From contig DAIDHR010000004.1 of the NCBI GenBank assembly GCA_027459605.1, positions 3,886 through 67,885 of the forward strand: a stretch of 64,000 nucleotides of DNA, given 5' to 3'. Both the position numbers and the translations under genes were made by a program. Each line of letters starts with the position of its first letter. Within the stretch, counting starts at the first letter, position 1. The notes beneath the pieces are model-generated. The model was not told the origin of the DNA and did not search any database. It saw nothing but the letters and a program-made list of their open reading frames with translations. Positions 18,430-27,756 of the stretch are shown piece after piece. This DNA comes from Alphaproteobacteria bacterium. Its GTDB lineage: Bacteria; Pseudomonadota; Alphaproteobacteria; UBA9655.

Positions 18430-19197
18430 TTAGATAGCCATGATGTTAAATCCTGCGTCAATATAAAGGATGCTGCCTGTGACAAGATGAGCCTCATCAC
18501 TTACTAAAAATCGTGCATAATCTCCCACACAACGTGTACAAATGTTTTCATGCTCTGGGGACTTTTCCCGAGCCAGTTGAAGGAGACTGTCAAAATCGAG
18601 AATTCCACTTGCTGCACGGGTTGCAATTGGCCCTGGAGAAAGGGCATTGACACGAATTTTCTTTTCACCCATTTCTGCTGCAAGGTATTTAACAACTCCC
18701 TCAAGAGCAGCTTTAACGGGCCCCATGATTCCATAATGTTCCACAACCTTTTCGCCCCCATAAAAGGTTGTTGTCAACAGGGCTCCACCATTGATCATGA
18801 GGGGTTCAGCCATATGGGCAAGATGGATAAACGAATAACAAGAAATATCCATGGCCTTTAGAAAACCTTCGCGAGAACAGTCAACGACCCTTCCTTGCAA
18901 GTCTTTTTTTGGCGCAAAGGCAACCGCATGGAATAAAAAATCAAGATGTCCCCAGGTTTGCTTAATTTTCTCGAATAATAACGCCTCTTGCGCCTGATTT
19001 TGAACATCTAAAGGCATGATGATTTGAGCCTGCACTTTTTCTGCGAGGGGCCTAACGTAGGGTTCTGCTTTCTCATTAAGGTAGGTGATGGCGAGCTCTG
19101 CTCCTGCTTCATAAAATGACTGGGCGCATCCCCAAGCAAGAGAAGCCTCATTGGCAATACCGACAATTAAACCTTTCTTACCGTGCAGTGTTTTCAT
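18430..19197 (-). CDS. fabI: Enoyl-[acyl-carrier-protein] reductase (NADH)
   Basis: GKKGLIVGIANEASLAWG is the FabI-type nucleotide-binding motif. The catalytic Y and K regions are present (VKAALEGVVKYLA). Confidence 0.93.
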   Translation of the reverse strand: MKTLHGKKGLIVGIANEASLAWGCAQSFYEAGAELAITYLNEKAEPYVRPLAEKVQAQIIMPLDVQNQAQEALLFEKIKQTWGHLDFLFHAVAFAPKKDLQGRVVDCSREGFLKAMDISCYSFIHLAHMAEPLMINGGALLTTTFYGGEKVVEHYGIMGPVKAALEGVVKYLAAEMGEKKIRVNALSPGPIATRAASGILDFDSLLQLAREKSPEHENICTRCVGDYARFLVSDEAHLVTGSILYIDAGFNIMAI

Positions 19198-19283
19198 TCC
19201 TTATCCTTATTGAGGTCTCAGCCAAGACAACAAATAGAGGCATCCTTTACTTGATTTAACTTTCAAAGCCCTTTTGGGAAAAT

Positions 19284-19628
19284 TTATTGGGAAGGGGCCT
19301 TTTGGTTGTCTCCTGCTGACATCCCCATTTTACCCATCTGGTTTGTCATTTTTTCCATCATCATCGGCATCATTTTTTCCATCATCTCATCATGCATTTG
19401 TCGAGATACGCCGGAGGGCATGTCAAATCCGCCCTGAGCCGAGACCCTCACGCCATAAAAGCCAATGCACAGCATTGAAAGGAGAGAAAAAATAAAAACG
19501 ATAGACCCAATCACTTTTGCAAAGGTTCTACCCTCTCCCTCAGCACGCAAAGACCAAATGATAAGAACTGTACTTGCCAGCAAAACGCTTAAAGCAAATA
19601 ACATACTGATATGCATCATAAACATCAT
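19284..19628 (-). CDS. Small membrane protein with methionine-rich C-terminal tail
   Basis: Two predicted TM helices. The tail is QMHDEMMEKMMPMMMEKMTNQMGKMGMS. No family recognised. Confidence 0.5.
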   Translation of the reverse strand: MMFMMHISMLFALSVLLASTVLIIWSLRAEGEGRTFAKVIGSIVFIFSLLSMLCIGFYGVRVSAQGGFDMPSGVSRQMHDEMMEKMMPMMMEKMTNQMGKMGMSAGDNQKAPSQ

Positions 19629-20078
19629 AAAACTTCTCCCTTCGTCTTAATTTAACTTCTATTATTAATTATAAATGTAATATTTTAAGTAATGATTAAT
19701 TTTAAGGGGATGCTGAGCACTTCCTCTAGAGAACAGGTTCATTCTCCTCCACCCAGCAAATATTTATTTTAGGAGGCGCAACAACCCTGATGATTCGCCG
19801 CACTTTCACGATCAAGTCCTACCTTATGAAAATTAATTGCTAGCCAGATTAAGAACAATAATAGGGTGTTATTGATAATGAGGTGGTATTGCGATCCTTT
19901 TCCATCTTTGGGCATTAGCCCGAATTGCTGAACTTAAACTAGGCTGTACATGATTTTTATATAAAATAGAGTCTTATTTACCTATTATTAATAATAAATA
20001 TATATAATTTAATCATAGGAAAGATCTAAGTTAATAAAATAGGATCTTAATTTACACGAATTATATAGGAGAAAGACA

Positions 20079-20315
20079 ATGAAATTAACCTCTTTATCCC
20101 TTATCGTTTGCTTAGGATTGCTCTGTGGAACGCAAGTTAGTGGGGCAACCACCTATGAACCTATGGCAGGAGCAAAACTCCCTTCAAACCTGACAAAAAT
20201 TAATAAAGAAAAATTTTGCCGCAAACACCCTGAGGCGTGTGTGAAAGACCAAACAATGAAAGGAAAATTAGGGGCACCATGCCCTAACCCTTATTCTTGT
20301 CCCCATAACGAATAA
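20079..20315 (+). CDS. Small secreted cysteine-containing protein, hypothetical
   Basis: AGGAGA lies upstream. The signal peptide is MKLTSLSLIVCLGLLCGTQVSG. The mature part has 4 Cys. Confidence 0.5.
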   Translation: MKLTSLSLIVCLGLLCGTQVSGATTYEPMAGAKLPSNLTKINKEKFCRKHPEACVKDQTMKGKLGAPCPNPYSCPHNE

Positions 20316-20424
20316 CAGAAGAAAGGGTTTATTATCTTACATTTTATAAAACGGAATACTTCCTTTGTTCTCTCTTTTTTTAAGGTGTCATAGAGATAAA
20401 ATCTAATTTATTACAGAGAAAAGG

Positions 20425-22758
20425 TTAATTATTCCCCTTAACAGATACTAAGCCATTAACTTTCATTAAAACCTCTGGAGACATCGTTTCAAAGGCTTTA
20501 GAATATCGCTGTACAAGCCGGCGGAGCTTATTTCTTTTATAAGTAGGTGATGCGTACTTATAAGAAATTAGACTCTCTGCTCCTTGAATAGCCCCCCCAT
20601 AGGACTCATGGAAAGCCATTGTATTGCTAAACATATCCGCAAGACCAAAGAAGAAAAGCGTTAGGACTTGTAAAGCTGTGGGCCAATCTGAAGTTGCAGC
20701 TATTCCAACAAGGATATAAGGAAGAGTATTCCAAGCACCTTGTATATAATCGTATCCTTTCCCAATCTTCCTTGCTGTATTCCGTATGCAGTTATGACTT
20801 GTAGCTCCCTCTGCTTCTTCCCCTTGGAGTAAGTCATAGACACCTTCTTCAACAGCATCTTTCTCAACTTTTCCTTGAAAAGTGGAAGCTATGGCTCCTC
20901 CGAATATGGCCGAAAGAACTGTATTGGCCACTCCATAAGGTAACCCAATGCCATTAAGAAGCTCCTGAATGATATAATAAAAAACATAACTCCGGCCAAC
21001 AGTGGCTAATCCAGGGATAATCCACCCTAAAACCTCGGCTGTTGTTTTTTTCCAATATTTTTTAATGTCAACTGGAATCTCATACTCTTGGTAAATCCCA
21101 TCTAAAACTTTTAAGGTTTGAAGAGCTTCTGTCGCTTTTATCATATCGTCAGGAATATGGCTCCCATTGCTCTTGATATCAAGTCCTTTGGTCAGGACTC
21201 GTTCATAAATATTGTTAATATCATCATCTGGTAAAATCTTAAATAAAAAGTGAAGGTCCTTAAAAAGAGAAAGTTTCTTAAGACGAATATTATTTATATT
21301 GGAAAGGTGAGCCCCTACATAAGTTTTGGCAATTAAACTCTCCTTAAATTTCTGATCGACCCATTTTTTTACAGCACGGCCATTTGCAAAAAGAGAATCG
21401 AGCCAAAGAGGAAACGCTAAACAATAAAAAAAAGTTAAATATCTGTTTTTGGTTTGAGGGGAATTGTTTTCTTCGTCCCATTTAATGTCCTCTTGTTCAA
21501 TTTTCCATAAATAGTAGACAGGAAGGGAAGCAGCAACTCCTGCTCCTGCATAAGCAAGAACAAGAGCACATTTTCGGGGATCAATGGTAATTTGTTTAAT
21601 TTTAATTTTATAAGCGGGGATAGAAAATTCTTCCATAGAAGGCCCTACTAAATCTCCAATAATCATGACATTGCGAAAGACAGAATCAAAACCTAAGCTG
21701 ACAGCTGTATGAGTAATAAATGCATTTGATATAGCCACATCCTTCATAACTTCATTAAATTTGTTACCACCGAGACTAGACATTCCATCTAAAAAGATAG
21801 CAGTCATCCCATTCCCAACCCCAACCCCAATCAGCGTTCCCCCAAATCCACCGATAAGGCCTTGCTTCAGGGTAAATTTCCCGTCATTAATATAATTTTT
21901 TGCATAAAGTAGGAATGCGAGAACCCCTGGATCGATATCGTCAGGTAATTTTGGCAAGGTAACGGATGTACCTTTTTCAGGATCTCTATCCCCACCTTGC
22001 CCAAAAGGAACAAGATCCCCTTGGAAACTATTAACGGAAGTCGCTTTTCCTGTTTTCTCGAGAAGAGGTGAGGTTACACCACTTTTAGAAGAGCTTGGAG
22101 AGGGGGTCCCTAAAGATTTCTCTTTTTCTCCCGAATCTAGTCCTTTTGAGTTTTTCTCGTTAGGAATACTCCCTTTTGGAAAGGTAGGATTAGGATTTGC
22201 ACTTCCATAAAAGTTAGCAAAGTTCTCTAAGCTCATTCCATCGTTTGAATCCTGAATATTACCGCCATTTTTTGTTAAAAGAGCAGTTTTCTCATTTAAA
22301 CTCTGTCTCTTCGCTTCCTTAGTCTTTGATGATGTGAGGCCCTCAATAACACTGCTTCGGGACCCCTCATTTTTCTTTTGCTTCGAAAAAAGAGATTCGA
22401 TTTCTTGTTTAGAAAGAGGTGTTTCATCTTTAGAGCGAGGGGGGGAGTTCTCAGAGTTTAGTGATGAAGAGGAGCCTCCTGATTGCTTTGGACTATGAGA
22501 CTCCGGGTCTTCCTCCGAAGAGCTTGACAAGCTGCCAGAGTTAGTCCCCCCCGACTTTTCCGAGTCTAACGAATGATTCGCCTTAAAATCAGGTGTCTTT
22601 CCTCTAAGGTCTGTCTTATTTTTTGGTAAAAGTGGCTGTGTGATAGTCCTATTTTCATCCAAATCAGGATTTTGCTCAGAACCTTTCCTCATCGCAAAAG
22701 CCATGTCCACATAGAGCAAGGCAAAAATAACTAAATAGGATATGATTTTCTTTAGCAT
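20425..22758 (-). CDS. Large hypothetical polytopic membrane protein with Ser-rich disordered N-terminal region
   Basis: Long uninterrupted ORF. Likely start is MLKKIISYLVIFALLYVDMAFA. About 280 aa are S/K/E/P-rich, followed by at least 6 hydrophobic segments. No family recognised. Confidence 0.7.
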   Translation of the reverse strand: MLKKIISYLVIFALLYVDMAFAMRKGSEQNPDLDENRTITQPLLPKNKTDLRGKTPDFKANHSLDSEKSGGTNSGSLSSSSEEDPESHSPKQSGGSSSSLNSENSPPRSKDETPLSKQEIESLFSKQKKNEGSRSSVIEGLTSSKTKEAKRQSLNEKTALLTKNGGNIQDSNDGMSLENFANFYGSANPNPTFPKGSIPNEKNSKGLDSGEKEKSLGTPSPSSSKSGVTSPLLEKTGKATSVNSFQGDLVPFGQGGDRDPEKGTSVTLPKLPDDIDPGVLAFLLYAKNYINDGKFTLKQGLIGGFGGTLIGVGVGNGMTAIFLDGMSSLGGNKFNEVMKDVAISNAFITHTAVSLGFDSVFRNVMIIGDLVGPSMEEFSIPAYKIKIKQITIDPRKCALVLAYAGAGVAASLPVYYLWKIEQEDIKWDEENNSPQTKNRYLTFFYCLAFPLWLDSLFANGRAVKKWVDQKFKESLIAKTYVGAHLSNINNIRLKKLSLFKDLHFLFKILPDDDINNIYERVLTKGLDIKSNGSHIPDDMIKATEALQTLKVLDGIYQEYEIPVDIKKYWKKTTAEVLGWIIPGLATVGRSYVFYYIIQELLNGIGLPYGVANTVLSAIFGGAIASTFQGKVEKDAVEEGVYDLLQGEEAEGATSHNCIRNTARKIGKGYDYIQGAWNTLPYILVGIAATSDWPTALQVLTLFFFGLADMFSNTMAFHESYGGAIQGAESLISYKYASPTYKRNKLRRLVQRYSKAFETMSPEVLMKVNGLVSVKGNN

Positions 22759-23071
22759 AAATCCTTTTTCAACTTTTGGCTTGTGAAGGCCTTCTAACGT
22801 AGGACACAAGCTTTTCTTTGACTCAAGAAGTGATGTTAAATAAAACATAGGCCGACCATTGTTAAAAAATTACATATTTACCTTATTAACTATTTTGTCC
22901 TTTTAGTCAATAAAAATTATTTTTTAATTAATGAATCTTTTTCAACACCTAGGAATTAGTTGTGAAATTGGCATAGCCATATCTCTCTTTATCAATTACT
23001 TTGAGGTATTGAGCAGGAAGTCTATAAAATTAAGGCAAAAGAACTGTTACCCATGTCTCCAGAATGGACCT

Positions 23072-23146
23072 TGGAGCGGGCGAAGGGATTTGAACCCTCG
23101 ACCCCAACCTTGGCAAGGTTGTGCTCTACCCCTGAGCTACGCCCGC
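23072..23146 (-). tRNA. tRNA-Gly (anticodon GCC)
   Basis: The reverse complement is GCGGGCGTAGCTCAGGGGTAGAGCACAACCTTGCCAAGGTTGGGGTCGAGGGTTCAAATCCCTTCGCCCGCTCCA. It forms a cloverleaf and the CCA is encoded. Confidence 0.95.
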
Positions 23147-23260
23147 ATTTTGTAAAAGGTGGTGCCATCATAGCCAGGATCTCCTCATTTTCAAGAGAAA
23201 AAATCACAAAAATCCATGGATCCTGCTATACTCTTCTTCCCATAGACCTAGGAACATACT

Positions 23261-24184
23261 ATGAAGATAGTCTTCATCCTCATAAGTTTTTCATTTATCG
23301 TTGGATCATCCACGTTTGCTTCCAAAATTTTGGACGGGAGGGAAATCGAATACTGGACAGGCGCTAAAGGAGGGTATGTTCAAAACTCAAATATCTTCAA
23401 AGTAACCTTCCCTCTGGCAAGCCTTAAAGTGAATTCTGCTGGTGTCCAAATTACTCCCCCCTTAGGACTTCAGTGTTGGGCTTCTTTTATGGTGATTGAA
23501 GAAGGAGTTGAAGTTATCGGGGAAATAGTTCTCTTCGAAGATCAGGTTAGCTTTGCTATGAGAGAAGCTTTAGAAAATGGGTTAAACGTCACAGCCCTTT
23601 ACAATTATTCCTTATGGACGCAGCCCACACTGATGATTATGCGGGTTGCGGGAAAGGGAAAACTTGAAGATTTAGCTACGGCTGTTGGAAAAATTTTTCA
23701 CTTTATCAAAAAAACAGCTACAGGAAGCATATGGAAAAAACCCCCTGGGATAATAAACCCTGAAAAATCCTCCCTCACGATAAAAAATGTAGAAGACGTT
23801 TTGAAACATAAATCAGTCTTTAAGGATGGCGTTTATAAATTTGAGTGGGGAAAAACAACCCAATTAAATGGACATGTGATAAAAGCCCCGATGGGAGTTG
23901 CGACTTGGGCGGCCTTTGCAGGAACAGACAAGGAAGCCGTTATGTTAGGAGATGTTGCAATTGAAGAACACTTTGTTCAAAATGTTCTGAAAATCTTTTT
24001 AAAGCATAATATTTTTGTAACGTCACTTCAGCAGCGTTTAATTGGAGAAAGCCCAAGAATTATATTTATTCGTTATATGAAAAGAGGGGCACCCCATGAG
24101 TTAGCTCAAGGTCTAAAAGAAGTGTTGGAACTTGATAATTCATCCGGGAAAGAAGCATTTGAGGAGGGAGAGGTGCAAAAATGA
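23261..24184 (+). CDS. Secreted DUF1259 (LppY/LpqO-like) two-repeat protein
   Basis: Signal peptide is present. Two internal repeats of the pattern P-LG-x-W-A-F...GD/E-V...E...V...L...G-x-x-VT-A/S-L. The family assignment is from memory only. Confidence 0.5.
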   Translation: MKIVFILISFSFIVGSSTFASKILDGREIEYWTGAKGGYVQNSNIFKVTFPLASLKVNSAGVQITPPLGLQCWASFMVIEEGVEVIGEIVLFEDQVSFAMREALENGLNVTALYNYSLWTQPTLMIMRVAGKGKLEDLATAVGKIFHFIKKTATGSIWKKPPGIINPEKSSLTIKNVEDVLKHKSVFKDGVYKFEWGKTTQLNGHVIKAPMGVATWAAFAGTDKEAVMLGDVAIEEHFVQNVLKIFLKHNIFVTSLQQRLIGESPRIIFIRYMKRGAPHELAQGLKEVLELDNSSGKEAFEEGEVQK

Positions 24185-24879
24185 TTTCAATTCGTAGATC
24201 AGAGGACCGAGGAACAACAAAGTTAGATTGGTTGGATAGTAAACATACCTTTTCTTTCGGCGATTATTATGATCCAGAATGGGAGGGATTTAGAAGCCTA
24301 AGGGTTATTAATGAGGATATCATTGAACCTGATAATGGATTTCCTTTTCACTCTCATCGAGACATGGAAATTATTACCTACATCATTGATGGTAGCCTTC
24401 GACATAAAGATAATGCGGGAGGAGGCTCCATCATTCATCTTGGAGAGGTCCAAAAAATGAGTGCGGGGACCGGGATTATTCACAGTGAGTTTAATCCTTC
24501 TCACAGCGAAGCCGTTCATCTTTTACAAATTTGGATCATTCCAGAAAAGAAGGGCCTTCCCCCAGGATATGAACAAAAAACTTTTTCTCACCAAGACAAA
24601 GAAGGGAAACTTCTGCTCATTGGATCAAAAGATGGACGCGCAGGATCCGTAACCATTCACCAAGATGTTGATCTTTATAGTTCTTATTTGAAAAAAGGGG
24701 ACGAAATTCATTTTTTACTTCTCAAGGACAGAGCGGTTTGGATCCAGGTCATAGAGGGAGAATTAGAAGTGAATGACAAAATTCTTTTAGCTGGCGATAG
24801 TGCCCAGGTTTCCAATGAAAAAGAAATTCACATAAAGTGCACACATCCGGGTGAATTTCTATTATTTGATCTAGCCTAA
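24181..24879 (+). CDS. Pirin family protein
   Basis: Contains HTFSFGDYYDP, the GFPFHSHRDMEIITYIIDG cupin metal site and GTGIIHSEFN. ATGA overlap with the upstream gene. Confidence 0.92.
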   Translation: MISIRRSEDRGTTKLDWLDSKHTFSFGDYYDPEWEGFRSLRVINEDIIEPDNGFPFHSHRDMEIITYIIDGSLRHKDNAGGGSIIHLGEVQKMSAGTGIIHSEFNPSHSEAVHLLQIWIIPEKKGLPPGYEQKTFSHQDKEGKLLLIGSKDGRAGSVTIHQDVDLYSSYLKKGDEIHFLLLKDRAVWIQVIEGELEVNDKILLAGDSAQVSNEKEIHIKCTHPGEFLLFDLA

Positions 24880-25514
24880 GTGCAAACACAGTTTGGGGCC
24901 CATAAAAGGAGGGACAGAGCAATTGCCCACATGATGCATCCGATAAGAAAATCTAAAATTTTCCAAGACAGCGGATTTTGAAAGAAAGGGGCTAAATAAC
25001 GAGCGCCATAGCCCATCCCAAAGAACCAAACAAAAGAAGCGAGAATGGCTCCTAATGCAAAAAAGACGCGCTCTGAGGTTGGGAATTGGGCACTAATACT
25101 TCCTAAAAGAATCACTGTATCCAAATAAACATGCGGATTTAAAAGGCTTAAGGCCAAGATGGTCACAACGCTTATTTTTAAGTCTGGCCGCTCAGGACTT
25201 GTATCAAGTTTGAGGGATTCAGATTTAAAAACAGCGTAAAAGGACCGAAATCCATAATAAAATAGAAAAGCAGCCCCTCCCCACCGAGCAATCGACATAA
25301 GGGTCAAATTAGTTGCTAATATTGCTCCAAAACCTCCGACACCAAGGCTGATCAAAAGCGCGTCGATGAGAGCACACATAAAAACGGTAATAAAAACATA
25401 ATTTTTTAAAATGCCTTGCTTGAGTACAAAGGCGTTTTGAGCACCTATAGCAACAATCAATCCCGCCCCTGTACCGCATCCTTCAACAAAAGGAGCTATA
25501 CAAAACCCTTCCAT
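24876..25514 (-). CDS. LysE/ArgO family amino-acid exporter
   Basis: GAGLIVAIGAQNAFVLKQG at the N-terminus. The profile gives 6 TM segments over about 210 aa. Confidence 0.88.
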   Translation of the reverse strand: MEGFCIAPFVEGCGTGAGLIVAIGAQNAFVLKQGILKNYVFITVFMCALIDALLISLGVGGFGAILATNLTLMSIARWGGAAFLFYYGFRSFYAVFKSESLKLDTSPERPDLKISVVTILALSLLNPHVYLDTVILLGSISAQFPTSERVFFALGAILASFVWFFGMGYGARYLAPFFQNPLSWKILDFLIGCIMWAIALSLLLWAPNCVCT

Positions 25515-25689
25515 ATAAATATGTCACCTTTGCTAAGTGAATTAATTCATATAAAGCATTTTCAGGCTAGGGGTAAATCTTTTTCCCAGCGTTATCAACC
25601 GGCCATTTTTATGTGCGGCATTTTTACCAACCGAAGTAAGATAATCACCTTGACCAAGGACTTCAGGAACAGTATAGACATTTATAGGG

Positions 25690-25763
25690 GGCCGGGTGGC
25701 AGAGTGGTGATGCAGAGGACTGCAAATCCTCGTATACCGGTTCGATTCCGGTCTCGGCCTCCA
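25690..25763 (+). tRNA. tRNA-Cys (anticodon GCA)
   Basis: Sequence GGCCGGGTGGCAGAGTGGTGATGCAGAGGACTGCAAATCCTCGTATACCGGTTCGATTCCGGTCTCGGCCTCCA. It forms a cloverleaf and the CCA is encoded. Confidence 0.95.
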
Positions 25764-25951
25764 ACATTATTCACTAAAACGCTTAGGGATAACTAAAAGA
25801 TAGAGTGTAATGAATTTAGATTTTCCTTATGACCTTTGTAAACCTTCATATAAAATCCAATCTATTGTCCTTTCAAGAATAACTGTTGTGGGGCACTTCT
25901 AAAAAAAGATCTAGTTTTCTGGTAAAGACTTTGCTATAAACCCCTTCGTGT

Positions 25952-26027
25952 TCCCCGGTAGCTCAGTCGGTAGAGCAAGTGGCTGTTAACCACTGGGTCG
26001 GCGGTTCGAGTCCGTCCCGGGGAGCCA
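25952..26027 (+). tRNA. tRNA-Asn (anticodon GTT)
   Basis: Sequence TCCCCGGTAGCTCAGTCGGTAGAGCAAGTGGCTGTTAACCACTGGGTCGGCGGTTCGAGTCCGTCCCGGGGAGCCA. Confidence 0.95.
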
Positions 26028-26329
26028 GCCAAAATTGGTCCGTTCTGGAAACATAGGTAACAGAATATACCAGAGTCATGCGTAACAATTCTTCTGCCTT
26101 AATTTTAGAAAACTTCCTGTTCAATAACTCATAAGCGATTTGATAAAAGAATAAGTGTTCTTTTTCCACCACTAACAATCATATTAATTTCATTCAATAT
26201 GATGATATTTTCATTAAATTCATTTATTGACATTTTACGATATAAACTACTAAATCAATGGCAGGAAGGGCTTTGCATCTTCTAATCTTCTTTAAAAACA
26301 AACATCTTTCAGCAGGATTATTAGAAATT

Positions 26330-26674
26330 ATGAAACCTACTCATAAAAAAATTCTTTTATTTATTGAACCATCTTTATCAGATGCTCATTTACTTCTTCA
26401 TGCAAAAAGGAAAGGGAACATGATTCTTGTCATGTCAGCCTATTCCCATCCTGAAACTTTTCCTGAAGAAATCCTGAACACTTCTTCTATATTTTTTCAA
26501 TTAGATCTTAATGATAACGACGCTGTTTTAGACCTCGTTGGTCAAATTTTGAAAAAGTTTCCCATTGATGAAATCATTCCTGGAAGTGACGATTACCTCC
26601 CCTTAGCAAAAAAAGTGGCAGATTATCTTAACAAACCTGACATGATCATTGTTTCACGTGAAATAAAAAAATAG
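26330..26674 (+). pseudogene. Truncated gene fragment resembling the pre-ATP-grasp N-terminal domain of a carboxylate-amine ligase
   Basis: MKPTHKKILLFIEPSLSDAHLLLHAKRKGNMILVM...IDEIIPGSDDYLPLAKKVADYLN resembles only the N-terminal subdomain. The ORF stops after about 114 aa and no ATP-grasp core follows. Confidence 0.4.
26650..26665. other. parS-like site, one mismatch (TGTTTCACGTGAAATA)
   Basis: 15 of 16 positions match the perfect parS copies elsewhere in the window. Confidence 0.4.
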
Positions 26675-26909
26675 ACCATTTTTTAAGAACTTCACATTTC
26701 ATCTGATTTTTGATGACAATTCTCTGACACAGGTCTTTTTAAAAAATTTTAGTCTTTCTGCTAACTTGTTCATTTCACCATAGCGTTAATTTTTCTATAT
26801 GAAGAAACAAGACATTGGCTACATTGTCAAAAAATCAATTCTCTGATATAAAATCAAAAACACATTTAATTAAAAGTACATATCGTGCTGTATAAAAAAG
26901 GAGGCTCAA

Positions 26910-27677
26910 ATGTTAAGGTTTTCATTATTTTTAACTTTTTTTCTATATCTTTTTTCCCTTCCCGGAAAGACCGTGATTACTACACAAGCGAAGGGGTGGT
27001 ATGAAAAATATGACACAGACTCGACCCAAGTCCAGAGAAGAGTTTCTTCGAAAGAAGCAACGATATCATGTACAGAATTAATTAACTCCAAACATAAAAT
27101 TAGCACATTTGAAGTTAATAATTCATATATTGCCGTAAAAAAATTGAAAAAATTCAACCATTTTAAATATGCAATGTATTCATCTGAAGGTGGAGAAAAG
27201 TTGACTTCGCAAGCCAGTAATCTTAGTGAAAGTGACTACCCAAACTTTTTAATGTCAAAAAATGGCAGAATAATTTGCGTAATCCCTGAGGGGAAGAAAA
27301 AATTTGATTTTGAAGCGACTCTATATAGCGCCGAGAATTTTATTGATTTTGAAAATCAACCTGTTATCGAAATTAAATCTAGAATAGCTGGTCACAAATC
27401 TTATCTTAATGAAAACATGAATTTTAATTGCTCAACTTTAGGGACCGGTCATGTAAAAATATATAATGCAAGTAATCAAAAAAGGAAAATATGTATAGAT
27501 TTATATAAACAGACCTCAAATTTGACTCTAGAAATTCCTGAAAACTATCAGGACCATAATCCTGTCTTTCAAGCCCGAATATCTCCAAATGGTCTGTTGT
27601 ATATTGCTCTAGAAAAATCTTCTAAAACGAAAATTCTGAGGTATGATTTAATAGATATTTTGAAGAGATTTGAATGA
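26910..27677 (+). CDS. Hypothetical secreted protein
   Basis: AGGAGG lies upstream of the ATG. There is an N-terminal hydrophobic signal. The ORF is AT-rich and Asn/Lys-rich, with no family recognised. Confidence 0.5.
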   Translation: MLRFSLFLTFFLYLFSLPGKTVITTQAKGWYEKYDTDSTQVQRRVSSKEATISCTELINSKHKISTFEVNNSYIAVKKLKKFNHFKYAMYSSEGGEKLTSQASNLSESDYPNFLMSKNGRIICVIPEGKKKFDFEATLYSAENFIDFENQPVIEIKSRIAGHKSYLNENMNFNCSTLGTGHVKIYNASNQKRKICIDLYKQTSNLTLEIPENYQDHNPVFQARISPNGLLYIALEKSSKTKILRYDLIDILKRFE

Positions 27678-27756
27678 GCCAACAATAGTATCGTCCTTAA
27701 CTTGACTCCCCTCTTTTGGAAGAGCACAATTAAATCCATAAAAGGGGGAGGTTTTT

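Noticed and set aside
19740-19960. Possible IS5-family transposase C-terminal remnant in the AT-rich gap. Candidate translations are IRRTFTIKSYL and EVVLRSFSIFG, which vaguely recall RRIATRYDK and WVVERSFAWLG.
   Set aside because: The similarity is limited to a few residues, needs frameshifts, and comes with no terminal inverted repeats. It cannot be supported without a database search. TBLASTX against ISfinder would decide it.
23022-23367. Track ORFs 22931-23155, 23022-23207 and 23053-23367 around 23.1 kb.
   Set aside because: They are read through or opposite tRNA-Gly(GCC). The peptide AKGFEPSTPTLARLCSTPELRP is simply the tRNA sequence translated.
25416-25796. Track ORF overlapping tRNA-Cys. 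Also an ORF-less minus-strand stretch (25515-25690) translating to ...YTVPEVLGQGDYLTSVGKNAAHKNGRL...
   Set aside because: The plus-strand ORF runs through the tRNA. The minus-strand stretch has no start codon outside the tRNA and no recognisable family. It may be a gene remnant but is unsupported.
25963-26178. Minus-strand ORF abutting tRNA-Asn, considered as a decayed tyrosine-integrase C-terminus (…AEELLRMTLVYS…).
   Set aside because: Its 3' third is the translated tRNA. The remaining roughly 45 aa show only a faint resemblance to the integrase R-H-R-Y tail and no catalytic Tyr context.
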